A stretch of DNA of 64,000 bases from Octopus sinensis (taxonomy: Eukaryota): assembly GCF_006345805.1 (NCBI RefSeq), contig NC_043008.1, forward strand, positions 6,758,001 through 6,822,000. The letters run 5' to 3'. This document shows positions 39,511 through 53,275 of this stretch, piece by piece. The first letter of the stretch is position 1; each line of letters begins with the position of its first letter. A model generated the notes under the pieces. It did not search any database, was not told the DNA's origin, and saw only the letters and a program-made list of their open reading frames with translations. The position numbers and the translations under genes were made by a program.

Positions 39511-39925
39511 CAGGCGCAGGAATGGCTGTGTGGTAAGTAGCTTGCTTACCAACCATATTGTTCCGGGTTCAGTCCCACTGCGTGGCACCTTGGGCAAGTG
39601 TCTTCTACTATAGCCTCGGGCCAACCAAAGCCTTGTGAGTGGATCTGATAGACAGAAACTGAAAGAAGCCCGTCGTATATATATATATATTTGTGTGTGT
39701 GTGTGTTTGTCCTCCCACCATCGCTCGACAACTGATGCTGGTGTGTTCAAATCCCCGTAACTTAGCGGTTCGGCAAAAAGACATCGATAGAATAAGTACT
39801 AGGTCAACAAAGCATAAGTCCTGGGTGAGTGTGGTGGGGGTCGATTTGTTCGACTAAAAAAAAAGGCGGTGCTCCAGCATGGCCACAGTCAAATGACTGA
39901 AACAAGTAAAAGAATAAAAGAATTA
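39511..39925 (+). mobile_element. SINE B full-length copy
   Basis: caggcgcaggaatggctgtgtggtaagtagc..accttgggcaagtgtctt..gactgaaacaagtaaaagaataaaagaa. Confidence 0.9.
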
Positions 39926-40657
39926 AAAAAATATACCTATGTGTATACACAGACAGATACGTGTAGTCGTACAGAGAAGCAGACAGACACCCACACACAT
40001 ACAGATGCCCCACCCCTCAACTTTGTTTTTACAGCATCCTCATCAATTCCCCCTCGTCCCCTCCCCATTCTAAAGACGAGGAATACTCATAAGGAATCTC
40101 AGTGATTTCAGTTCTTGCCGAAATTAGATTTACTTGAAACGAAGCGTCCCATCTCATTAGAGTCTAACTGCTAACACCGTTGAGAGGGAGGCTTGCAGGA
40201 AATGGGCTGCATTAGCGTATATAAATGGATTATTAGAGTGGAGAGGATTATACCAAATGGGATGGGTTAACCACAAGACTTAACGATAAATAAATAAATC
40301 AGAGGAACAAAACAAAAACCCTTACGTTGCTCCTGTTGACTCTCATTAGTTGCAGCACGCTTCGATTACTACGACACACAATCTCTCACGCCTTCCCCAT
40401 TCACTCACTCATTGCTTTACTTCTTCTTATACACGTGACTTTTGTTTTTCCACACCTCCTCCTCCTCCTGTCTCTCTTCCTCTTCCTCCTACCGCCTTCC
40501 TTTTTCTTCTTTTAAATTCCTCTTTCTTCGCTGTTACCGATAAGTCTTCTTCTCGGTGGATTTTTAATACGAAGATATTTCTGAACTTGTAACTTTCCTT
40601 AAGACCGCTACCCGTCCTATGTTACTTTTTCTGCCCTTAAGACCATAATACAGATGT

Positions 40658-40693
<36 letters not shown>

Positions 40694-40737
40694 CACTACC
40701 ACCAACACCATCACCACCACCACCGCCACCACCACCA

Positions 40738-41080
40738 CGTCTGCCGCTACGTTCTGAGTTCAAATTCCGCCGAGGTCAGCTTTGCCTTTCATAGTTTCGG
40801 GGTCGATTAAATAAGTACCAGTTACGCACTGGGGTCGATATAATCGACTTCATCCGTCTGTCTGTCCTTGTTTGTCCTCCCTGTGTTTAGCCCCTTGTGG
40901 GTGGTAAAGAATTAGGTATTTCGTCTGTCGTTACGTTCTGAGTTCAAATTTCGCTGAAGTTGACTTTGCCTTTCATCCTTTCGGGGTCGATAAATTAAGA
41001 ACCTGCTACGTACTTGGGTCGATCTAATTGACTGGCTCCCCCCCCCCACCAAATTTCGGGCCTTTTGCCTAGTGTAGAAA
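40738..41080 (+). mobile_element. SINE A2/A1 dimer, 5'-truncated
   Basis: A2 tail ..gtgggtggtaaagaatta joined to ggtatttcgtctg at 40915. Confidence 0.9.
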
Positions 41081-42814
41081 AAAATAATAAGCAGTAGTAA
41101 TAATATGCCCTTCCTGTTGCTGTTATTGCAAGTGATGAGGCTGCAAGGGAAAAAGAACGTGAAGTCATTTCCCCAAAACTGTTTTCCTACCTCACTGAAT
41201 TTAAGTAACAAATGTACGCGACCCCACATTATAGGCTGGAAACGTATGACTACATGACACTCATACGTTTTCGGAGTTAATCTAATGGGAAATAAAACAG
41301 GAGCGCAGTTTCACCTCGTCAAATGTATAACATTCTTTATGCTCTGGCGCCAGCACTTCTGACTTTAACAACGGCGAACTATCTGATGTTTATGCATTTA
41401 TTCTGTAAATAATGTCTAATAGGCTTATTTGTTACCGAAGCGCCAGGCCTTAATTACAAGAAAGAGAATAGGAGAGTGCAGGGGATTTCCATCTCTTCTG
41501 AATGTCCGAAGTAAAGAGAATTGATATTTCTTTCGTTAAGTGCTTGCACTTTACTTTACAGCTCTCACCACGCGCTTGTGACAATAATAGCCATGAACAG
41601 AACCATGTATAAGTAATGTCTCATAGATCAGCAAATATCTAAACCGTTCTTTTGACTGGCAAGAATCATTGCTTAATCCTGTTTTGCTTCGCCTTCGGCC
41701 TTCGCTTCTATTCCAATATCTGACTACTTATTACAGCATAAATCTTTCCAAGAATTTCTAGTCACATACAGCATCTGACCATGCAAGTATATTTAAAGTG
41801 AAAGTTGCACGAGTGAATTATAAGAGTTGTGTTGTAATAATGTTGAAGCTGGAACGCAATTAAAACCCTGCCATGTCACATCAACCACCAAATGTGCTGC
41901 TGCCAACGATACAAATCTATTGCCATTATTGTGCAGACAGCAATTGAATGCCGAAATAGCTGCGGTACAGCATTAAATTTCCATCGTTTACAGCCGATAA
42001 TTACAATAAAATTGATGTATTTTAACAGAATAATCATTCACTATAACTAATATATTGAAAAATAGCTCTTCAAGCTTCCATTAGGATACTATCATTTGAA
42101 ACTATGACCAAATTCGTATAATAATAGAACAATTAGCTAAAACATTGCGATTACGCTAGCATATATTTCCGGTGTTAGGAAACGGTATTCTCGCTATCGT
42201 TACAAATTTAGAATATCTTCTGACATTGTTAATGTAAAAAACAGAAATGTAAAAATCATTTGTTTGCTTTTCGGCTACGTATACGCAGCCATAGTCTTTG
42301 TTGTTCATGCGCATCTATGGCTAATTAACTCAGAAATATCTCATGAAGACTATGTTTATAACATAGGCACTGGCACTCTGAATTATAGGAAAAGCGAAAT
42401 TACAATTGTTGATGTTTATGGCTTGTGAAGAGGATTATTGGTGGAAATGGAGCGAAATTGATTCAACCGGAAATCCACACCAGAAGTAAAGTATTCTGCT
42501 ATTGCTATTTTCAAACATTAAATTAACTCTAATAAACTCGCTACTCATTCAAGCTCATCTTTCACTAAATATCATTCGACTCTACCCCACCGTATTCAAC
42601 ACTTCTCTCCCTTAATTGTAGACATCCAAGTATGTTTACTACTATTCATTATAATGAACTCTCTAATTTCTTGAAATTATCTCCCCTTTTTTGGTGTTGG
42701 TGAGGAAACGGGAGATGGTAATAATTAGCACTAGGTTTTTGTTTTCTTTCTTCAACTAAAATGGATGTTTCAGTTAGTTAAAAACGCTTCTAAGTAGAAC
42801 GTCCTTGAGAGTCC

Positions 42815-42960
42815 TTTTATTTGTATGATTCGGGAGCGCCAGCTCAGACTGTTCGGCCATGTTGCTCAACTGTCGAGTAAGAACCTGCTTACCGTGTTCC
42901 CATCACTGAGGATCCGACTAGGTTGACGGTTCGAGTTGGTTGACCACATGCCACATTTCG
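42815..42960 (+). pseudogene. RTE-like LINE C-terminal fragment
   Basis: ICMIRERQLRLFGHVAQL, then after a frameshift PAYRVPITEDPTRLTVRVG*PHAT. Confidence 0.7.
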
Positions 42961-43596
42961 CGGCAGATGAGTAAAACATTTGCTGAATAAAGGACTCAAT
43001 CAGTGACATTTCGCTTCAGCTTAGCAATACAAGATACATAGATTTCATCAAGTTAATACATCATCGGATAGCATTTAGCCATTTCGCGAGGAATAATAAG
43101 TAAGCAACCAAAATCGGCTGCATTGCCAATATATTTCTGTCTGTTAAAACATCGAAATACTTTTCAGAGTGAATTATGAAGTTTATGTTCTCGTATTTAA
43201 CGTGATGAGCACGAAAACTTTTACTGACCGAGACTCTGTTTGTATCCTGTAGAAGTCAACGTTGCACTAAGACCAAGCAGACGACAATAAGACCAAGCAG
43301 ACGACACAGAAAACCATTCAGACGATACAGAAGCGACAAATTAAAACCAAAGAGAAAAGATAAATATCAATATGTAAAGTAACATGAATACGTGGCAGAA
43401 CTCCTTGTGGAATTGAACTCAAGAGGTGAGAAACCATAGCCTACCTATGATGCCACTTCGATTATACATTGATATCACAATACTAAAGTCTTTAGACACT
43501 GCAGTAGATTGCAAAAATTATGGATGTGACTGCAAAGGGCGATTTCAACTCCACCATTTTGTTTTCATTTTAGAAGCTAGCATATTTATATGCATT

Positions 43597-43722
43597 CCAG
43601 GGGGCGCTGAAAAGTTCCTGGTTTTAAGCATATCACAAACGGCCTGGTTGGAGGCCTTCTTGTTTTATTTTTTACAGCGCTTAGAAAAGCTGTAGGACCG
43701 CTGCAATAAGTATGTGAATCTT
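43597..43722 (+). mobile_element. mariner-derived MITE, second (3'-truncated) copy
   Basis: gggggcgctgaaaagttcctggtttt..agaaaagctgtaggaccgctgcaataagt, shared with 37125-37322. Confidence 0.75.
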
Positions 43723-43769
43723 GTGTGTGTGTAATTTATTTATAGAAATATACAAGCTTAGTTCCATGT

Positions 43770-43771
43770 GC

Positions 43772-43811
<40 letters not shown>

Positions 43812-44115
43812 GGAACTATATACACTAATACAAATACACACACACATACATAAACATATATATGCACACATAGGCATACAGACATGCATCTATATGTATA
43901 TACAGATGCATATATATATGCATACATATATATGTATATGCATATATATATACATATATATACATACATATATATATACATATATATATATATATACATA
44001 TATATACATATATATATACACATATATATACATACATATATATATATATATACATATATATACATACATATATATATATACATATATATATATATACATA
44101 TATAATTAAATACAC

Positions 44116-44146
<31 letters not shown>

Positions 44147-44279
44147 CATATAACATATATACATATATATACACATATACCTACATATACACATATATAT
44201 ATATATATATATACATATATACATAATGCATATATATACAAATACATATATACATATACATATATGCATATATATACAA

Positions 44280-44324
<45 letters not shown>

Positions 44325-44381
44325 TACATTTATATACATACACACATATATATCTACACATATATATACACACATATATAT

Positions 44382-44412
<31 letters not shown>

Positions 44413-44910
44413 ATATATATATATATATGGAACTCTACTTGTATAAATAAATTACATTTATCTTATTTATCTTTTACTACCATTGTCGTCCATTGATCAT
44501 CCCTGGCATATAAATGTCAAAAGAAGCCACGCATCATAATATAATAGACATATCTTTAAATAAAGATCGAAACGTAATGCTCCACATAGATTTGTGTTTC
44601 GGATCAGAGAATCGAGTAATCACGTCTCAAGAGTACATATTTTCCAATGCACTCAGGCGTATTATCCCTGTATAAATACTAAGGCTTTTAGATGGACGGA
44701 CAGACTAACTTTGAGTTAGATTTTCCATCTATTAATCCTAGAATCTATCTGTCTGTCTGTTTGTCTGCTTGCTTGCCTGTCTGTCTGTCTGTCTCTGAAA
44801 GTTTTAGATAGCGATAGAAACACACACAGCTATACGTTTGTAGATGGGTTACTAAGAGCTAGCGAAACCGGTATAGCCGTCTTAAAATATGTATGGTATA
44901 TATATATAAA

Positions 44911-44973
<63 letters not shown>

Positions 44974-45014
44974 CTATATATATTATATATATATATATAT
45001 ATATAAGTATATAC

Positions 45015-45045
<31 letters not shown>

Positions 45046-45059
45046 CATATATATATATA

Positions 45060-45111
<52 letters not shown>

Positions 45112-45323
45112 TAATACATATATATATCATAAATAAATATATAAATACATACATATATATAATATATACATATATATATATACCTATATATATATATACA
45201 TATATATATTATAATACATATATATATAGATATATATATAATATATAATATATATATATTATATATATACGTATATATATATAATAAATATATAAATAAA
45301 TACATATATATATATATACATAC

Positions 45324-45355
<32 letters not shown>

Positions 45356-45356
45356 C

Positions 45357-45387
<31 letters not shown>

Positions 45388-45410
45388 GTATATATGTAGG
45401 TATATATACA
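43770..45410. repeat. Two long degenerate (TA/CA)n blocks (43770-44430, 44895-45410)
   Basis: Directly visible. Confidence 0.9.
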
Positions 45411-45649
45411 TGTACAAATGCATGATCACAGGCATGTTCGATCTGTGATCACTTCGGTGATATCAATAGAAATTATTTAGGACACCATTACTTCTTCCCT
45501 CAGGCAATATTAAAGTTCGAAACACTGGCCCCTATGATGTTGAACCTCTCATCACCAACATCATTGTCAACATTTGTGTTACAGATCAAGCAGAAAAACT
45601 ATCAAGCTACCAATCAACTATTAACCCTGCCAAGCGCTACCAGCAGCAC

Positions 45650-46017
45650 TGGAGGTACAATGGCCCAATGGTTAGGGCAGCGGACTCGCGGTTTCGATTC
45701 CCAAGCCGGGCGTTGTGTGTGTTTATTGAGCGAAAACACCTAAAGCTCCACGAGTCTCCGGCAGGGGGTTGTGGTGACCTCTGTTGTACTCTTTCGCCCC
45801 AACTTTCTCTCACTCTTTCTTCCTGTTTCTTGTCCCCGACTTCCTACGCAACCGCTGAGCCTGTATGCGCATTCATCCATCTGTCGATGCTCTCGGTGTC
45901 AGGGGTTGACCTGATTTCTCTTCAGCGGGTCTTACGAGTAGCAAAGGACCACGTTTTCGGATTTCTCCCACTACAGCTGGGACGAAGACCGCTTCGCTCA
46001 ACAAACAAACAAACAAA
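45650..46017 (+). mobile_element. SINE family C head with a third tail type, ending in (CAAA)n
   Basis: tggaggtacaatggcccaatggttagggcagcggactcgcggtttcgattccc..gtttattgagcgaaaacaccta..tcttcctgtttct. Confidence 0.85.
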
Positions 46018-47602
46018 AGCAACAGCAGCCATTCAAGAATTTGGACCTGGAGATTTCCATTTCCAAAGACTTCGAGGGTCACCTGCCAGTGGTGTCGAGC
46101 GTCAAGGAAGAGCCCTCGACTACAAGACGACCCAAATTTTTTTCTCCAAGGTCTGGGGTCTCCCGCCCCTAAGCCATAGACCATCACCTAATCACCTTTA
46201 TCCATATTGTTGCTTAACAAAAACAACAACAACAACAACAACTGCAGCAGCAGCAGCAGTAGCAGCAGCACCCCACCACCATCAACAGCAACAGCAACAA
46301 CAACACCACTATACAGAAATTAGTAGAAACTCTGACTAATACACAACCCCCATACTCTAATTATCACCAAACTTTAGGGATTGTTATCCCTGTTGCAAAA
46401 TAACGAGAAAGTCACCAGGCAACAATGGAGCCTCAACGTGGTCCATTGCCTTACTAGAAATAACAACGCACTCTCCTTCAAGTCACATGTTACTGTTTTT
46501 AATGAAGTGTAGAACACAATCGTTAATGTAGTTCTACATATATACTGCTCGAATAAAAGGCGCATTTGATCGTTCCTTACTGACTCCAGATTAAATAACA
46601 ACAACAACAACAAAACAGCCATAACTCTTGCAACAGCAAACAAAACTGTCTACATCTCTACCATTACCATCGAAATTTATAATCCACATTCCCGCGGCCA
46701 CCACCAACACTACCAACAACAACAACAACAACAACAACATCTTCAGAAGATCCATCAACAACAAAAATAACTCCACTATCACTATGCTACCATAATATTC
46801 ACTATCTCTAATAGTTTAAACAAATAAAGCAGCTTTGAAACGAAACCGCACTGCAGTCAAAGAGATAAACGTCTCTCTCTCTCTTCACTAACAATTTGCC
46901 GAACGATGTCTACTTAGCGTTGAATTTCTTGCGTAGACAAGAAGAAAAAAATATGATGCGTGCCGGATGAATATATTTAACGTTAGAGATCACACGTTTA
47001 ATTCTTTGTTCTTTTATTTAAAACTGCACATTTTTATATTGTTATTAATATTGTTGTAGTTCTTGTCGTTAATATTTTCGTTTCTGTTGCAGCTTAGCAA
47101 CACACTGCCATATAACTTAGAGAAATGTTTCTGTGTATTTCTAGGTATTATTGGGTTATGTGCTAGTATAGATGCGATTATGCGGACCAGTGTGTGTGTG
47201 TGTGTGTGTGCATGTGTGTGTGTCTATATCTGTATGTGTGTTTGATCGTAACAAGGAGAGTGAATATGAGCCAAATATGGAGTGTGATCCTACACCAGAA
47301 AACAGTTTTAACTCTCAACGCGCTGTCAAATTATCGCCGTCACAACTCTCCGCAAACAACATTTATCACTGCTACCAACAACGGGCACCGCTCTGACAAC
47401 GATCAAAGCCGGCAACACCATCGAATATAAAAATGCAAATACAAATAAATACAAAATATAAAAGACAGCATAGAAATGAAAACAAATAAAGCGTCGTTGG
47501 TGAAGGGATCCATTCATGTTCTGTTTACGCGTGCACGTATCTCTCTACTATAAATACACAAATACATAGAGAAATACACACCAACACTTAGTCCTTATCT
47601 AT

Positions 47603-47641
<39 letters not shown>

Positions 47642-47648
47642 TATATAT

Positions 47649-48296
47649 GTCTTCATCTTTTGTTTTTCTGTAAATTTCAACTACATTATATTGTGTGTGT
47701 GTGTGTGGTAGTTGAAGTTTACAGAAAAACAAACGACGAAGAAAGGTGAGAAAGAAAGGTGTATAAACAGCAAGGAGGTGTGTATAGTTTGACGTTCGGT
47801 AAGTGAGGAAGTTCTTTATGTTCCGAGCCTACGCTCTTCAACAGGAAGGATCACGAGGAAATAAACAAGGGGAGAAAAAAAAAATAACTTGTGGATTTAG
47901 AATTAAAAACTTGTGGATTTAGCGATCCATGCATGCGGTGAATGCATGCATGCATGCATAAATACTACATATATATATATATATAATATATAGTCTTCAT
48001 CTTTTGTTTTTCTGTAAATTTCAACTACATATATATGTGTGTGTGTGTTGTGTGTAGTTGAAGTTTACAGAAAAACAAACGACGAAGAAAGGTGTATAAA
48101 CAGCAAGGAGGTGTAATAGTTTGACGTTCGGGTAAGTGAGGAAGTTCTTTATGTTCCGAGCCTACGCTCTTCAACAGGAAGGATCACGAGGAAATAAACA
48201 AGGGGAGAAATAAAAATAACTTGTGGATTTAGAATTAAAAACTTGTGGATTTAGCGATCCATGCATGCGTGAATGCATGCATGCATGCATAAATAC
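47649..48296. repeat. Tandem duplication (period about 344 bp) of a unit holding tail-to-tail family E sequences
   Basis: Units start at 47649 and 47993 and are near-identical apart from small indels. Confidence 0.85.
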
Positions 48297-48320
48297 ATAA
48301 TATATATATCTTATATATAA

Positions 48321-48363
<43 letters not shown>

Positions 48364-48364
<1 letters not shown>

Positions 48365-48525
48365 CGACGGGCTTCTTTCAGCTTCCGTTTACTAAGTCCA
48401 CTCACAAGGCTTTGGTCGGCCCGAAGCTATAGTAGAAGACACTTGGCCAAGGTGCCACGCAGTGGGACTGAACCCGGAACCATGTGGTTGATAAGCAAGC
48501 TACTTACCACACAGCCACTCCTACG
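48364..48525 (-). mobile_element. SINE B 5' half (head + CORE-like domain)
   Basis: cgacgggcttctttcag..aaggtgccacgcagtgggactgaacccgg..cacacagccactcct. Confidence 0.9.
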
Positions 48526-49295
48526 TCGCTGACTATTTCCGAATACATGAAGCTATTCCTGAGACAAGGAGACATAGATTATCGTGAAATGTCGACCGAA
48601 GATCCTCGAGTTACAGGTGAGGCCTAACAGACATTAAAATGTCTCTGCTTCCTCTCCCCGCTTCTCTCGCTCGCTTTTGAAATTTCAGACACACGGATGT
48701 GTTGCAGAGATGATGTGTGAACACTTGACACAGGTCACCGTGAGATTCAATTCTCCTCTATGTTTTTAATATTGCACGTATCACTACAACTATTCAACCA
48801 ATTCTTCCTTTGTTTAGTCGTGATGGTTGGCTTTCAATGCAGGCAGACGTCAATTGCTCTATATTTATAGTATATTTTTAAAATATATTTTTATGGTAAA
48901 AATCTATAGAAATTAAACTCGTGTGAACATGATATAAATTTAAACTGTATGGTGCTCAAAAAAAAATGTGAACCAAATAATAATTTAGAAATATTATTAT
49001 AGATGAAACCGTATATATGTGAATATAACTGAAAAACGCGCGCACACACGTTTGCCTATATGCACTATATATATATGTATATGCATATATATACACACAT
49101 ATACATATTTATAATTATGTATATTTACTTGTATGAGTGCGTGAACCTGTTTGTGAATATGCGCATGCGCGTGTGTGTTCGCGCGCGGGCGTATACAAGT
49201 ACGCTTTAACAAGAACATTAAATGCTAAAAGTAGATATATATATATATATTACCTGAAACTGAAATCATAATTCGAAGTTTCTCGTTTTCGATCG

Positions 49296-49700
49296 TCGGA
49301 GCAGAGAACGAGAAAGGAACACATGGAGTGGAGCAGAGAATAAGAAGACATGGAGTGGAGCAGAGGATGAGAGGGAACACATGGAGTGGAGCAGAGGATG
49401 AGAAGGAACACATGGAGTGGAGCAGAGAACGAGAGGGAACACATGGAGTGGAGCAGAGGATGATAAGGAACACATGGAGTGGAGCAGAGAACGAGTGTGA
49501 ACAAATGGAGTGGAGCAGAGGATGAGAGGGAACACATGGAGTGGAGCAGAGAACGAGAGGGAACACATGGAGTGGAGCAGAGAACAAGTGTGAACACATG
49601 GAGTGGAGCAGAGAATAAGAGGACATGGAGTGGAGTAGAGAATAAGAAGACATGGAGTGGACCAGAGAATGTGAATAAGCACATGGAGTGGAGCAGAGAC
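49296..49700. repeat. Purine-rich minisatellite, 27-31 bp variant units, invariant core atggagtgga (13 copies)
   Basis: Directly visible. Confidence 0.95.
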
Positions 49701-49902
49701 TGAGAGGGAAGTAAAAAAAGAATAGGCGCGAGAGATGAAAAGGAAATTAAACAGCAAATAGAAAAGCATGAGAGAAAATGAGCAACGGTAGTAAAAAGGA
49801 GGAAGAAGAGAGAAATACGGTTTAAAGAAGTGTCATTGTAAAAAAAAATATACATACACCTACGCACGCGCGAGCTCACAGTAAGAGAGAAAGAGAAGGA
49901 AC

Positions 49903-49933
<31 letters not shown>

Positions 49934-50219
49934 AGAGATATTTACATATATAAATGGGAAAGGTGTTTGAAAAAGCATCTAAGAAGGTTTCTAAGGGGAA
50001 AATAAAATATAGTTACAATCAAAATTTATATTGAAGTGAAATTAAAAGAGGATTAGTAAGTGTAAAGGGGATTAATAGATCTAAAGGAATAAGGGATTTG
50101 AAGGAGTCTTTTGAATTTTGGAGATGAAAAAGAAAATAAGCTGAACAAAGGGCGGATGTACGGAATCCTCAAACGGAGCAAATGTGTAATTTGAGAATGT
50201 CTATGTATGCGCGTGTGTA

Positions 50220-50275
<56 letters not shown>

Positions 50276-50334
50276 TGTGTGTAAGTGTGTGTGCATATAT
50301 ATATATATATTTTATCTCTGTTTGTTTCATCGTG

Positions 50335-50460
50335 TTTCTTTCTGTTGAAGAGCGTAGACACGAAACATAAAACACTTTCTCACCTTCCTGAGCATTAAAC
50401 TAATACACATTCTTGTTTATACACCTGTCTTCGTCTTCTGTTTTTCTGTAAATTGCAACT
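50335..50460 (+). mobile_element. Family E pLTR-like repeat
   Basis: tctttctgttgaagagcgtagacacgaaacat..tttttctgtaaattgcaact, running directly into (ATCT)n. Confidence 0.65.
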
Positions 50461-50468
50461 ATCTATCA

Positions 50469-50635
<167 letters not shown>

Positions 50636-50651
50636 GCTATCTATCTATCTA

Positions 50652-50740
<89 letters not shown>

Positions 50741-50784
50741 ATACTTACCTATCTACACACACACGCGCGCAATCCAGTATACCC

Positions 50785-50975
50785 ATTTTTTTACTACCCA
50801 CAAGGGGCTAAAAAAGAGAGGGCAAACAAGGACAGACAAACGGATTAAGTCGTTTACATCGACCCCAGTGCGTAACTGGTACTTAATTTATCGACCCCGA
50901 AAGGATTAAAGGCAAAGTCGACCTCGGCGGAACTTGAACTCAGAAGGTAAAGACGAAATATCGCTAAGGATTTCA
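50785..50975 (-). mobile_element. SINE A2, 5'-truncated, solitary
   Basis: A2 tail ttactacccacaaggggctaaa..caaggacagacaaacggattaag, preceded by gtataccc. Confidence 0.85.
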
Positions 50976-51079
50976 TACATATACATATATATACATACAT
51001 ACATACATACATATATATATACATATATATATACATACATATACATACATACATACATATACATACATACATACATACA

Positions 51080-51111
<32 letters not shown>

Positions 51112-51115
51112 CATA

Positions 51116-51176
<61 letters not shown>

Positions 51177-51356
51177 AGCTTAGAGAAGAGGAAGAAACGA
51201 AACGAAACCAAACGAATCGACGCGAAGGCGCTCATATCGTTAAGGCGTACAACAAACATTAAAGCAAGGAAAACGTCTCAAGTCCTATACAATATTATAG
51301 GAAAAAAATTAGATCACATGTGGACTAAACCCCCATACTTTGTATACTTTATAATA

Positions 51357-51409
<53 letters not shown>

Positions 51410-51965
51410 GTGTTAGGCATACATGTACCTAAATGTGTGTATGCAATTTATTTTCATGTACAATACACCTGCAAGTATTTGCATGAACATACGAAACTTA
51501 CAGATTCGCATGTAGCTTAGATATGCACGCGCATGCTCAAAACGACAATTGCTCTTACAAGTTCTTACATGATAACTCGTAAAAATAAGCATCCAAGTCT
51601 CTCTGCATTGCATAGCGAAAGTTGGGAGGTAGGCGTTTATATTATTAAGATGGCAACAGCTTCATTATTCCTTTGCCAACATGCAACTTCAACAGCTATC
51701 TCAGACTAATTCTCTCCAACATGCAACATATCGTACATGCATATATATATATATATATACGGGTACAATAACATATACATATATATATATGTAAATGTAT
51801 ATGTGTGTGTGTGTACTAATATATTTTAGTACACACATACAGGCATATGTACATGGGTGAATGTGTGTATACATACAGCCATATTTGAGTACTTGCGTGT
51901 TTTAATATATTTGTTAAAGCACACATATAAACACTTGTTCCATACACATTCGTGCGCAGATATTC

Positions 51966-52004
<39 letters not shown>

Positions 52005-52057
52005 CATATATTAATCTATATTTATGCATATATATATATGTATATAATATATATATA

Positions 52058-52102
<45 letters not shown>

Positions 52103-52337
52103 CAAGTATCAATGCATGTATATATATATACACATATATAGATGTATATATATCTATATACATGTGCATACACATGCAACGGTACGTGTGCATCTGATTG
52201 TCCTGCATATAAATAATCCTTCAACAATAACAAAAAGCCACCGATATCCGCATCTACAGACACATTATTGTGGACATATACGCATGCGTGAGTTGCGTAA
52301 AATATAGACACAATCACACACACGTGTTTGTGCGCAC

Positions 52338-52384
<47 letters not shown>

Positions 52385-53184
52385 CTTAACTATTTCATAT
52401 ATTTATGTTTATTAACGTCTATATATTTACTTATATATATACCATTATATATATATATTATATAAGGCTGTATATATATGAATATAAATATGTATAGATT
52501 GTAGTATATAAAAACACGCACACACACACACTGAGATGCGGCTAATTGCAACTCTCATCACTCGACTCCCAGCACGGCTTGCGTGATAGTTGAATGATAG
52601 TGTTGCAGATTGATTTCAGAACGTTTTCTGTAAAGAACAGGTTAGTAATAGCATTTAGTACAATCCGTGGTTATTTGCGGTAAACAAGCTACTATTGCAT
52701 AAACTTCTCACATTTTATTTTTCCTTTGCTTTCATCTGCTGGCATCCGGTTAGATTTGATCGGAACTGTTTGGTTTAGTATAGAACTAACCGAGACACGC
52801 GCTATCATTGAACCGAACTCTGCTTTAGAACGGAGATCCGAATCTCGATTAATCTATGTCAAACACTATTAATATTTGAAACAAAAAGAGGTGCGGACAC
52901 ACAGACAGACAGACAAATACACTCACACACACATAGACGCACAGACATAGACACACGCGCACGCAGAAGTCAAAATGTCGCTCAAAATGATATCGTCTAA
53001 GACGTACACTTTGACAAACACACTGGAATTTGCAACCCAAGAAATGCAATCATACTTTCGCAATTTCAAGAATTTATAAATCCCTCTTTCTCTTTAACTC
53101 TGAGTCTCTTTTTCCCTCACACACACATAAATACACATATTTATATCTTCATTGCTTATATAGGTATTTATGTATTTGTGTACG

Positions 53185-53275
<91 letters not shown>

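Noticed and set aside
45668-46339. 223-aa ORF
   Set aside because: It runs through a SINE and CAA/CAG repeats.
49225-49978. Cys/His-rich repetitive ORFs (LCSTPCVP, SAPLHVF)
   Set aside because: Translations of a minisatellite whose variable 27-31 bp units do not preserve frame.
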